NCBI GenBank assembly: GCA_022822905.1 | Contig: JAJDYE010000037.1 | Span: 38,859 to 102,858 of the forward strand | Source: Acidimicrobiia bacterium | GTDB lineage: Bacteria; Actinomycetota; Acidimicrobiia; Acidimicrobiales; Bin134 | Reading direction: 5' to 3' | DNA: 64,000 bases | Shown here: positions 18,465 to 26,916 of the stretch, piece after piece | How the letters are laid out: every line of letters begins with the position of its first letter | How positions within the stretch are numbered: the stretch's first letter is position 1 | The notes under the pieces: model-generated | Databases searched by the model: none | Told to the model about the DNA's origin: nothing | The model's input: the letters and a program-made list of their open reading frames with translations, nothing else | Position numbers and translations under genes: made by a program

Positions 18465-19529
18465 ATGGCCGAGCGCCCATCTTCTGAAACTCCCTTTGAG
18501 CGGATGGACCCTGCCCAAGTATCCGGCCAGAGTTTTGCCATTACTCGCAAAGGCTTCGACCAAATGCAGGTCCAGGCCTATTTGGTGTCGGTGAGCAATC
18601 AGGTCAAAGCAGGCCAGCAGCAAATTCGAGACCTTCGAGAGCAGGTGGCCCAGGCCGAAGAGCAGTCGGAGCCGGATTCTGAGTTCAGTTCGCAGGGGGT
18701 CAAGCTGCTCGACAGCGGCGTGGAGGCGTCTCGTCGGCAAGCCCAGACGGAAGCCGACGAAATGGCGGCCCGGGCCCGTCGGTTGGCTGAAGAGCTCCAA
18801 GCGACGTTCGAGGAGCTGCGTTCGCACCAGGACTTCCCCGGAGCCGACGAGCTGGCCGAACTGCTGGAGCAGGCGTACGAGCAGGCGCAGGCGGTGGCAG
18901 GCCTGCTCCAGGAGGCTCGAGATCAGGCCGAGGCCGAAGTAGAGCACGGTCGGGCCCAGGGCCGGGAGATCGTGGAGCAGGCCAAAGCCCTCCGTCTCAC
19001 CGTGCTGCGGGACATGGCCCGGCGTCGCCAGGGTGCCCGGGCTCAGGTGGAGCGGCTTCGAGCCGGGCGCGACAAGCTCATCTCAATGCTGAGCGATGCC
19101 CGGAGTTCCATCGACCAGTCGATGGAGACGGCCAGGCTCTCGCTAGCCGAGGCCAAAGTGCTGGCCGATGCCGCCGCCCGCCGGATCGAGGACGAGGCTG
19201 AGCCCACCGACCTGGCCCTGCTGTCGGAGCTGGACAATGCCGAGGACGTGGGGATGATCCCCGAACCCGCGGTCGTTCCCGACATTTCCGATGGCGATTC
19301 CCCTCCCGATGTTCCCGAAATCGACTCTGCTTCCGAGGTCCACGAGGGCGTGACGCTGCTGCCTCCCATCGAGCCCGATCCGGTGGAGGCTGCGGCCGAT
19401 CATCCCGCGGTGGCCAGTGCTGACGACAGCCGCGATGTGGACGCTATCTTCGCTCGTCTTCGATCCCAGGGGGATAAGCAACGAGAAGACGGGCGGGACG
19501 CTGCCGAATCCGCGGTCGGCAAGGACTAA
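18465..19529 (+). CDS. DivIVA domain-containing coiled-coil protein
   Basis: N-terminal DivIVA motif FAITRKGFDQMQVQAYL followed by long coiled-coil and acidic regions. Confidence 0.75.
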   Translation: MAERPSSETPFERMDPAQVSGQSFAITRKGFDQMQVQAYLVSVSNQVKAGQQQIRDLREQVAQAEEQSEPDSEFSSQGVKLLDSGVEASRRQAQTEADEMAARARRLAEELQATFEELRSHQDFPGADELAELLEQAYEQAQAVAGLLQEARDQAEAEVEHGRAQGREIVEQAKALRLTVLRDMARRRQGARAQVERLRAGRDKLISMLSDARSSIDQSMETARLSLAEAKVLADAAARRIEDEAEPTDLALLSELDNAEDVGMIPEPAVVPDISDGDSPPDVPEIDSASEVHEGVTLLPPIEPDPVEAAADHPAVASADDSRDVDAIFARLRSQGDKQREDGRDAAESAVGKD

Positions 19530-19541
19530 CCTCCAATCGGT

Positions 19542-22538
19542 ATGCGAAATCCCCGAGATGTGTTCAGGCCGCGCCCGCCATCTCGCCCGCGCTTCTCGCG
19601 CCGGTCCAAGATCATCGCCGGTCTCATCTTGGTGGTATTGCTGGCCGCCATCCTGTCTCTGCGGGGTACGGCCCGCATGTGGACCGATTACTTGTGGTTC
19701 GACTCCCTGGGCCACGGTGACGTCTGGACCGAGATTCTGGTCTACAAGATCGTCTTGTCGGTCATCTTCATCGCCGCCTTCTTCCTCCTCATGTACTCCA
19801 ACCTGGCAATTGCCGACCGGTTGGCGCCCCAAACCCGCCCACCGGGTCCTGAAGAGGAGCTGATACGCCACTATCACGACGCGGTTGGCCATCGCCGGCG
19901 GCTGGTAAGCGTGGTGATTGCCATCTTGTTTGCCCTTATCGTGGGCGGCGGCACCGGGGGAGAGTGGCAGAAGGCCATGCTGTTCTTCAACAGCGTGGAT
20001 TTCGGCATCGATGATCCTCAGTTCGACCGTGACATCGGCTTCTACGTCTTCCAACTGCCGTTCATCCAGTTCCTGATCAGCTGGTTCTTCCGAGCCCTCA
20101 TCATCGTGGCCGTCATCACCGCCATCGCCCATTACGTGAACGGCGGCATCCGGGTGCAGACCACCGGGCAGCGGGTGACTCCTCAGGTGAAGGTCCACCT
20201 GTCGGTTCTTTTGGCCCTGATCGCCCTGGTTCGGGCCGTGGGCTACTACTACGACCGGTTTGGCCTCAACTTTTCCTCTCGGGGACCGGTGGACGGCGCC
20301 ACCTTCACCGACATCAACGCCCAGCTTCCTGCGCTCAATTTGCTGTTGCTGATATCAGTGCTGTCGGCAGTGCTGCTGGTCATCAACATCTGGCAGCGGG
20401 GCTGGGTGCTGCCGGTGACCGCGGTGGGCCTGTGGATGGTGGTGGCCATCGTCATGGGCGCGATCTACCCCGCCATCATCCAGCGATTCCAAGTCGAGCC
20501 GGAGGAGTCCCAGAAAGAGGCGCAGTACATCTATCGCAACATTGAGGCCACCCGCCACGCCCTCGGTTTCGACAAGAACCCCGGTGACGACGATACGGCA
20601 GACAACGTCACCACTATCTCGTTAGACGAGCTCGACACGGTGATAACCGTTGAGGAGCTGGCCGGCAACCCGAGCGTGCGCAACATTCGGCTGTTGGACC
20701 CCGACATCGTCCCCAACGCCTTCCAGGTGGAGCAGTCGGAGCGCACCTTCTATACTTTCGGCGGCGAGGTCGACGTGGACCGCTACGAGATCGACGGGGA
20801 GATTACCGAGGTGGTGATCGGCGCCCGCCAGCTCAACGTGGCCGACGTGCCCCAGCAGTCGTGGGAGGGTCGTCACATCCAGTACACCCACGGGTACGGC
20901 GTGGCAGTGGCCCCGGTGAACTCGGTTACCACCCAGGGCTCCCCCGACTTCGCGGTGGGCGACGTGCCGGTGATGGCCAGCGACGACTTCGAGTTGACCC
21001 AGCCGCAGCTCTACATCGGCGAGGGACTTACCGGTTACGCCATCGTCGGGGCCTCGATTGCCGAGGTGGACTACACCGAGGCCAACGAGACGGTTCCGTT
21101 CGAGTACGACGGCGAGGCCGGGGTGGGCATTGGCAGCTTCTTCCGCCAGGCGGCGTTCGCCCTGCGCTTTGGTGACATCAATCCGCTGATATCCGGTTTC
21201 GTGGAAAGCGATTCCCGGATCATCTTCAACCGGGACCTGCGCCTCCGAGTGCAGAACCTGGCCCCGTTCTTGGAGTTGGACGCTGATCCCTATCCCGTGA
21301 TTTCCGATGGCCGAGTGGTGTACGTCGTGGACGCCTACACCACCAGCGACCGGTATCCCTACGGCCAGGTGCCCGATGTGAGCGACCTGGCGAATGGCAG
21401 TGGCCTGCACAAGAAATTCAACTACGTCCGCAACTCGGTGAAGGTGGTGGTGGACGCGTACGACGGCACCACCACGTTCTATGTGATCGACCCCGGTGAT
21501 CCCATCATCCAGGCGTGGCGGAAGATCTTCCCCGGACTGTTCCAGGACTTCGACCGGATGCCGGCCGACCTGAAGGGCCACCTGCGCTATCCCGAGGACT
21601 TGTTCCGGGTGCAGACCTCCATGTGGGCCCGCTACTTCATCGACCCTGAAGAGGCGGAGACCTTCTATGCCAACTCGGTGACCTGGGCGGTGGCCCAGGA
21701 TCCGGGCACCCGTATCACCGCTCGAACGTTCTTGGATGAGGTGACCGAGGCCATCGCCGCCGAGGAGACGGCCACCGCCGCGGCTACCCGTCAGCTCGAG
21801 CGGAGAATCCGTCCGTTCTACCAGCTTCTCCAGCTTCCGGAAGAGGACGATGTGGACTTCGTGATCTTCCGGACGTTCGTTCCGGTGTCGGGGTCGGGCG
21901 ACGATGAGGATGAGCGCAAGGAGCTCACCGCGTTCATTGCGGCCAAGAGCGACATCGACGAGTACGGGGAACTGGTGGTGTACACCGTGCCGGGGACCAG
22001 CATCCCCGGCCCGAGCATCGTGGATGCCAAGATCCAGGCCGACACCCAGATTGCCGACGCCTTCACCCAGCTCAACCAGCAGGGGTCATCAGTGCTTCAA
22101 GGCAACCTTTTGATGATCCCGGTGGGCAACTCCCTGCTGTTCGTGCGTCCCGTGTATGTGCAGGCCACCGGCGACACCGAACTGCCCCAGGTGAAGCAGG
22201 TGATCGCCGGTATCGGCAACGACGACGATTTCGTGCTTACCATTCGGCCGACGTTGGAGGAAGCGCTGAATGCCCTGGCCGACCCCGGCAGCCCGACGGT
22301 GGTGCCCGCCGAGCCCACAGTTCTCAGCGGAGACGATGGCGATGCCCAGCCCGAGCCGTCTGTCCCCGCCGACCCCTCGATTTCCGATGAGGCGCCCATC
22401 GACGCAGACACTCGTCAGGCGCTGAGCGAGCTCATCTCCGAGCTGCGCACCACCCAAGACTCCCTCGACGAGGACCGCCGCCGTCTCGACGGCCTCATCG
22501 AAGAACTGGAGTCGCTGCTGGAATCCGCTGGCGGCTAG
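19542..22538 (+). CDS. UPF0182 family membrane protein
   Basis: 998 aa. The N-terminus ...MWTDYLWFDSLGHGDVWTEIL is followed by about 7 TM segments and a large extracytoplasmic domain, which is the UPF0182 architecture. Confidence 0.9.
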   Translation: MRNPRDVFRPRPPSRPRFSRRSKIIAGLILVVLLAAILSLRGTARMWTDYLWFDSLGHGDVWTEILVYKIVLSVIFIAAFFLLMYSNLAIADRLAPQTRPPGPEEELIRHYHDAVGHRRRLVSVVIAILFALIVGGGTGGEWQKAMLFFNSVDFGIDDPQFDRDIGFYVFQLPFIQFLISWFFRALIIVAVITAIAHYVNGGIRVQTTGQRVTPQVKVHLSVLLALIALVRAVGYYYDRFGLNFSSRGPVDGATFTDINAQLPALNLLLLISVLSAVLLVINIWQRGWVLPVTAVGLWMVVAIVMGAIYPAIIQRFQVEPEESQKEAQYIYRNIEATRHALGFDKNPGDDDTADNVTTISLDELDTVITVEELAGNPSVRNIRLLDPDIVPNAFQVEQSERTFYTFGGEVDVDRYEIDGEITEVVIGARQLNVADVPQQSWEGRHIQYTHGYGVAVAPVNSVTTQGSPDFAVGDVPVMASDDFELTQPQLYIGEGLTGYAIVGASIAEVDYTEANETVPFEYDGEAGVGIGSFFRQAAFALRFGDINPLISGFVESDSRIIFNRDLRLRVQNLAPFLELDADPYPVISDGRVVYVVDAYTTSDRYPYGQVPDVSDLANGSGLHKKFNYVRNSVKVVVDAYDGTTTFYVIDPGDPIIQAWRKIFPGLFQDFDRMPADLKGHLRYPEDLFRVQTSMWARYFIDPEEAETFYANSVTWAVAQDPGTRITARTFLDEVTEAIAAEETATAAATRQLERRIRPFYQLLQLPEEDDVDFVIFRTFVPVSGSGDDEDERKELTAFIAAKSDIDEYGELVVYTVPGTSIPGPSIVDAKIQADTQIADAFTQLNQQGSSVLQGNLLMIPVGNSLLFVRPVYVQATGDTELPQVKQVIAGIGNDDDFVLTIRPTLEEALNALADPGSPTVVPAEPTVLSGDDGDAQPEPSVPADPSISDEAPIDADTRQALSELISELRTTQDSLDEDRRRLDGLIEELESLLESAGG

Positions 22539-22585
22539 CCGGGGGTCTGTCGGACTGATTCACTCTGGGTTTTGCGCAGGCTCTG

Positions 22586-22670
22586 GTGTCTGGTGGGGAA
22601 CCTGCTTAAAAGGGGGAACAGCGGGCAACAGCCGCCGAACAGCCACGCTCAACTCAGGTGGCGAAAGGGA
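22586..22670. repeat. partial, diverged third copy (E3) of the 242-nt spacer element (module I only)
   Basis: ctggtggggaacctgc...gaacagcgggcaacagccgccgaacagcc aligns by eye to 23586-23640 and 26467-26521. It lies just after the stop of small TM gene A. Confidence 0.7.
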
Positions 22671-22712
22671 TCAACAGCAATGTTCCCCGGCCCAACCGGG
22701 TATCGGGGATGG

Positions 22713-22985
22713 CTAGGAGTTGCCGCGGCGCAGGCGGGCACCAATTCTGTTCCACACCAGTGCTGAGCCAGCCACTCCCAAAACAGCCATTGGCAACACG
22801 AAGAGGAAAATCCACACCAGATGGCCCACCCATCCAGGCACCCCCAACAAATCCGCAATCCAAGGAATGCCGTCATAGAAAAGGCCCACGCTCATTACGG
22901 CACCGCAGAGGCTGGCACCAAGAGCAGTAGGACCAACTGGTGGTGTACCGTTGGCGCGGTGTGGTGGGGGGTTGTGAATGGTCAT
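22713..22985 (-). CDS. small 2-TM protein, paralog A (N-terminal MTIHNPPPH)
   Basis: Paralogous to B, C and D (..WIADLLGVPGWVGHLVWIFLFVL..ARLRRGNS). The second ATG was chosen because only it is in frame in all paralogs. Confidence 0.6.
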   Translation of the reverse strand: MTIHNPPPHRANGTPPVGPTALGASLCGAVMSVGLFYDGIPWIADLLGVPGWVGHLVWIFLFVLPMAVLGVAGSALVWNRIGARLRRGNS

Positions 22986-23002
22986 GCCCCCCACCATACA
23001 CC
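22958..23002 (-). promoter_or_regulatory. conserved start-region hairpin or palindrome (copy A)
   Basis: ggtgtggtgggggg (22958-22971) and ccccccaccatacacc (22987-23002) are inverted repeats. The start codon lies in the ~15-nt loop. Confidence 0.7.
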
Positions 23003-23028
23003 TTCGGCCCCTAGGTGCCTAGGGGCGC

Positions 23029-23357
23029 TCAGTGTTCCTCCCATTCGGCGGGGTCGCGGTTGGCCCACGCCAACCACCAGTCCACCAACGCCTCGATGCG
23101 GGCCTGGAGCCAGCGGGCCAGTTCCAGTTGGACTCGGTCTCCTCCATCAGGTCGAGCAGGCCGGCCAGCGCCCCGCCCATAGACATCAAAGCGGGCTCCA
23201 ACAGCACCAGGGCCAGCAGGTAGCCGCCGACCGCCTCGGTATCGACCAACTCCAAGTCGAGGTCGTCCTTGCGCTCCCTCAACGCCTCCAGAGCGCCGGA
23301 GACCAAGCCCAGCACCTCGACCCAGGCGCGCTCGCCCGCATCCAAACGCCGTGCCAT
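23029..23357 (-). pseudogene. small all-helical protein, apparently frameshifted
   Basis: MARRLDAGERAWVEVLGLVSGALEALRERKDD...LLDLMEETE continues sensibly only in another frame (VQLELARWLQARIEALVDWWLAWANRDPAEWEEH*). The shift lies near 23140-23150. Confidence 0.55.
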
Positions 23358-23442
23358 ACCGAAAACCTCCATCGGTCGGTCGCTGACATTCCTGACCGGC
23401 CATTCTGGCCGATCCGTCGCGACCCCCGATGGAGTTCACCCA

Positions 23443-23684
23443 CCCTTCGGGAAGGTCGAGCTTTCGAGCTACCAAAGGCCGCGGCCAGACCCGAAGGGGA
23501 ACCAAGCAATACAGCTCGAACCTCACAACTTGTCTGGCCTGGCGGGGATTGTGTACATCCACGTCCACGCAGCCTTTGGTAGCTGGCGGGAACCTGCAGC
23601 AACAAGAGAACAGCGGGCAAGTCCGCCGAACAGTCAGGGAAGATCGGCGGCGACTCAGCCGGAGGGTGGAAGGGCTACGAACCC
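23443..23684. repeat. 242-nt spacer element, copy E1 (possible structured RNA or cis-regulatory leader)
   Basis: Differs at 6 of 242 positions from 26324..26565. Nested perfect inverted repeats: gctaccaaaggc 23468-79 / gcctttggtagc 23572-83, and ggccagac 23483-90 / gtctggcc 23532-39. Confidence 0.9.
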
Positions 23685-23965
23685 CGGTGGTACAGGCGGG
23701 CCTTGACTCGGCTCCACCTGATTATGAACCCAACGATCAGCAACAGCACGAAGAGAAGCCACACCAAAGGGAGCACTCCTTGAGGTGTCCCGGACCAATC
23801 CGCAATCCAGGAACCGGCCGACCCCGCAAGAACATAGGAGATGAACAAGACGTTGGCCCCACTAAAAACCGCAACGACCAGCAGCACTTTTGTTGAGTTC
23901 TTGTCGGCTTTGGCGCGCAGGGCGGTATTGTCGGGGGGGTGTGGTGGGGGGTTTTGGTACTTCAT
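23675..23965 (-). CDS. small 2-TM protein, paralog B (N-terminal MKYQNPPPH)
   Basis: ..SWIADWSGTPQGVLPLVWLLFVLLLIVGF..ARLYHRGS. Paralogous to A, C and D and has the same start-region hairpin. Confidence 0.6.
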   Translation of the reverse strand: MKYQNPPPHPPDNTALRAKADKNSTKVLLVVAVFSGANVLFISYVLAGSAGSWIADWSGTPQGVLPLVWLLFVLLLIVGFIIRWSRVKARLYHRGS

Positions 23966-23982
23966 GCCCCCCACCATACACC
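23938..23982 (-). promoter_or_regulatory. conserved start-region hairpin or palindrome (copy B)
   Basis: ggtgtggtgggggg (23938-51) / ccccccaccatacacc (23967-82). Confidence 0.7.
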
Positions 23983-24168
23983 TTGAAACGGGCCGGGGCC
24001 CTGCCGCTGAGAGCCGATCTGGGCGGCGTTGAGCCCCTGGACCCCCGGGGAGAAGGAAAGTGCGGGCCGGACCCCAGCGGCCCCACAAGCGCCCCAGCGG
24101 GGCCGCCACAGCGGCCCTGAGCGGGCCTCGGCGGGTTTAGCGGTCTCGGGTTTTGCGGGGGTGCGGTT

Positions 24169-26313
24169 CTAGCGGCAGCGCACCGGCTTGTCGTCGCCTA
24201 CTTTTTTGTTTCCGGCGATCTTGGCCTGCATTCCGATTTGGTACCAACCGGCGTTCGGCACGTCGAACGTCGTCGAGGTGCCCGCGACTGCTTTTTGGAG
24301 TCCGCGGTGGCCGCGGTTTTTTGTCTCGTTTGCCCAGATGTCGGGTTTCAGGGTTTCGGGGGTCTTGCTCCAAGAAACCGATATGACCCAGCCCGAGCCC
24401 GACGACTGGCACGAAACTGAGTCGAACGCTAAAGAGGGCTTCGGCTTGGTGGGGGTGGCGGTGCCGGAAACCCAATCAGAGAACCCCTCGGCGTTGAACG
24501 CCGCCACCCGCACGTCATAGGCCGACCCCCCCGAAAGCCCGCTGATCGTGTACGAGGTCGCCAAGTCCGAGCCATGCTCCAAATCCTCGAACTGGTCCGC
24601 AGCCTCGGACTCAGCCCAACTCTGAGCCCCCGACATCCACTGCACCCGATACCCGAAACCAGCCCCAGGGGTTGTTGCAGATGCGGTCCAAGAAACCGCG
24701 ATCTCCCCCACCCCAGCACTCGCAGACAAACCAGAAACAGAACCAGGAACTGACTGGCTTGAATCGTCGGAATCGGAATCGCTATTGAGGTATTTATCCA
24801 CAAGCGGGCAGCCATATTCGAGCACATAGTGAGTAGTAAGACCGACTCCAAAAGCAATACCAATTCCTACTGCAAGTGGTGGCGCGGTTACTCCCAAAGC
24901 AGCCAATACCGTCGTCCCGCTGTTAGCTAGCAACGCACCGCCAACAGCAGCTATCCCATTGCTTGACACTGCCCTTGTGTGGCTGTTGGCACATGCCAAT
25001 TTCAGTGCCTCTCCCGCTAAATTGAAGAGAGTCCAAAACTGGGCGAGGGGCAGTCCACCTATGAACTGCAAAGCAGCACGCTCTAATGCGTGTTTTGCAG
25101 GGCCGGGGAGTTTGTCGTATTGGTCTATGATGATCTTCCCGCCCTCAATGACGTAATCAACGCCTTTGATAGCGATCTTCCCGCCCTCTCTCACTAAATG
25201 CGTCACACCGTCAACAACGATTTGATAAAGGTTGATCGTTGTGCCTGTATCTTCTACAGCCTTGTAGCAGTCATGGGAGCCGTCCTTTTCCCATTTGCCG
25301 AGGTTCGCTGAGGCTGTTTTACCGCTTTTGTAGTATTCGTTTAGCTGTTCGTGCGTCATCAGCTCGGCAGTTGCCGAGGTGTATACGAAATAGATGATCG
25401 GCAGCGGCGGTGTGTAGCTGTGGCTTGCCGGGCAGGGGTGGTCTGCATGGCAGAAGGTCTCCCCCCTGCGGGTATGGAGGTGCTGGCCGTCGGGAACATT
25501 GCCAGGTGTGCAATTGCCGGTGTTGGGCCTGGTGTCGCAGCCGAGAACCGATACATCCCCGTGACTATCGCGAACGTGGCCGTAGACCGTTACCCTCTCG
25601 TCTTCGTACTTACCGGGAGCGCATTTCGCATGGTCGGCGTGGCAGGTGTTCCCGTGGGGATGCTCGCCCGGCTTGCAACCGTTGCCGCCCGGTTTGGGGG
25701 TCGGGGCCGGAGTGGGGGGCGGATCAACCCTGGGGGTCGGCGGGGGATCAGGGTCAGCCGTGGGCTCGGGCGTGGTGGTGGGCTTCGCCTTGGGCGGGCA
25801 GGTGGCGTCGTGGTCGATCCAGGTTCCGTTGCACTGTTTGAGCGTGTAGTGGCACGCCCCCGTCGAGCCGTGGCGGTGGGATAGGAAGCTGCACGGCTTC
25901 GGGGTGGGTGTGGGCTTGGGGTGGACTAGGAAGATGCTGTGGCAGCCGCCCCAGCCGGCGTGCTTGTGGCTGCCGCCGGGACACTCCGGCTTCGGCGTCG
26001 GCGCAGGTGTGGGCTTGGGGTGGACTAGGAAGATGCTGTGGCAGCCGCCCCAGCCGGTGTGCTTGTGGCTGCCGCCGGGACACTCCGGCTTCGGCGTCGG
26101 CGCGGGCGTGGGGGCCGGGGTGGGCTTGGGGTGGGTGTGGGTGTAGTTGTAGGCGTAACACCCAAAGTCGCCGGTGGGCTTGCATTCGACTTGGTGGGCT
26201 TCGGCGGTGGGCGTGTTGTCGGGGGCTGCGAGCACCAGCCCGGCGGCCAGCAACAGCGCCGGGACCAGCACCGCCAGCACACGCCAGACACCCCGCTTGT
26301 TGGATGCGGCCAT
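24169..26313 (-). CDS. secreted multidomain protein: Cys/His-rich repeats, Pro/Thr linkers, unknown central domain with Gly-rich hydrophobic hairpin, FN3 domain, C-terminal beta domain
   Basis: Signal peptide MAASNKRGVWRVLAVLVPALLLAAGLVLAA. Two 33-aa units KPECPGGSHKH(T/A)GWGGCHSIFLVHPKPTPAPTP. FN3-like segment PGSVSGLSASAGVGEIAVSWTA...YRVQW...YTISGLSGGSAYDVRVAAFNAEGFSDW. Confidence 0.8.
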   Translation of the reverse strand: MAASNKRGVWRVLAVLVPALLLAAGLVLAAPDNTPTAEAHQVECKPTGDFGCYAYNYTHTHPKPTPAPTPAPTPKPECPGGSHKHTGWGGCHSIFLVHPKPTPAPTPKPECPGGSHKHAGWGGCHSIFLVHPKPTPTPKPCSFLSHRHGSTGACHYTLKQCNGTWIDHDATCPPKAKPTTTPEPTADPDPPPTPRVDPPPTPAPTPKPGGNGCKPGEHPHGNTCHADHAKCAPGKYEDERVTVYGHVRDSHGDVSVLGCDTRPNTGNCTPGNVPDGQHLHTRRGETFCHADHPCPASHSYTPPLPIIYFVYTSATAELMTHEQLNEYYKSGKTASANLGKWEKDGSHDCYKAVEDTGTTINLYQIVVDGVTHLVREGGKIAIKGVDYVIEGGKIIIDQYDKLPGPAKHALERAALQFIGGLPLAQFWTLFNLAGEALKLACANSHTRAVSSNGIAAVGGALLANSGTTVLAALGVTAPPLAVGIGIAFGVGLTTHYVLEYGCPLVDKYLNSDSDSDDSSQSVPGSVSGLSASAGVGEIAVSWTASATTPGAGFGYRVQWMSGAQSWAESEAADQFEDLEHGSDLATSYTISGLSGGSAYDVRVAAFNAEGFSDWVSGTATPTKPKPSLAFDSVSCQSSGSGWVISVSWSKTPETLKPDIWANETKNRGHRGLQKAVAGTSTTFDVPNAGWYQIGMQAKIAGNKKVGDDKPVRCR
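25912..26109 (-). repeat. 99-bp tandem repeat x2 inside the 714-aa gene (encodes the 33-aa Cys/His unit)
   Basis: Units 25912-26010 and 26011-26109 differ at 3 positions on direct reading. Confidence 0.95.
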
Positions 26314-26323
26314 CTTGGTGGCT

Positions 26324-26565
26324 CCCTTCGGGAAGGTCGAGCTTTCGAGCTACCAAAGGCCGCGGCCAGACCCGAAGGGGAACCAAGCAATACCGCTCGA
26401 GCCTCACAACTTGTCTGGCCTGGCGGGGATTGTGTACGTCCATGTCCACGCAGCCTTTGGTAGCTGGCGGGAACCTGCTGCAACAACAGAACAGCGGGCA
26501 AGTCCGCCGAACAGTCAGGGAAGATCGGCGGCGACTCAGCCGGAGGGTGGAAGGGCTACGAACCC
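26324..26565. repeat. 242-nt spacer element, copy E2, ending 10 nt upstream of the ATG of the 714-aa gene
   Basis: Same length as E1, with 6 substitutions and no indels. Carries a relic ...RREGS* stop context like the C-termini of paralogs A and B. Confidence 0.9.
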
Positions 26566-26606
26566 TCGCGGCGCTAGCGTGTGTTGGAAGGAGTCAGGCT
26601 TGGCCG

Positions 26607-26849
26607 CTAAGCATCAGGGCAGCTCCGGCGGGCTTTATATCTCTTCTCAACCACAGAAACACCGGTCACCACCAGCACCAGCACGAAGAAACACCACACC
26701 AGAACACTCACCCCTAGAGGCATCCCCGACCAACCTTCGATCCAGGAGCCGACCAGCCCAAAGCCCAACCAAAAGGCGATGCTCCCAACAACGGCACCAA
26801 TACCACCCATCAGCCTCGCTGAGCGGCGAGCCGCTGAGGGATTTGTCAT
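26607..26849 (-). CDS. small 2-TM protein, paralog C
   Basis: ..GSWIEGWSGMPLGVSVLVWCFFVLVLVVTG.. aligns with paralog B. The start is uncertain (ATG 26849 or TTG 26891). A different 7-bp hairpin, gctcttg/caagagc, sits just upstream of the ATG. Confidence 0.5.
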   Translation of the reverse strand: MTNPSAARRSARLMGGIGAVVGSIAFWLGFGLVGSWIEGWSGMPLGVSVLVWCFFVLVLVVTGVSVVEKRYKARRSCPDA

Positions 26850-26916
26850 AGCGCTCTTGTCGGTTGCAAGAGCGACCGCGGGGCTGGCCAAGTAGTCCGG
26901 CTAGGGGTGGAGCGCC

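Noticed and set aside
23443-23684. Possibility that E1/E2 are a known riboswitch such as the c-di-AMP ydaO class, because of strings like CCCGCCAGCUACC, GGGGAACC and CCGCCGAACAG.
   Set aside because: I could not align the full ydaO consensus or its P1 closing helix on either strand by eye, so the resemblance may be superficial. The element is left as an unassigned candidate structured element. An Infernal/Rfam scan would decide.
23429-23896. Plus-strand ORFs crossing the spacer elements and small-protein genes (23269..23706, 23429..23896, 25908..26717, 26174..26851).
   Set aside because: Their similarity to each other only reflects the DNA repeat. The translations are Arg/Pro/Gly-rich and antisense to the paralogous membrane-protein ORFs, which have coherent TM segments.
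25912-26109. Direct repeats considered as a possible CRISPR or minisatellite.
   Set aside because: There are only two contiguous 99-bp units with no spacers. They are in frame within a long ORF and encode a repeated protein module.
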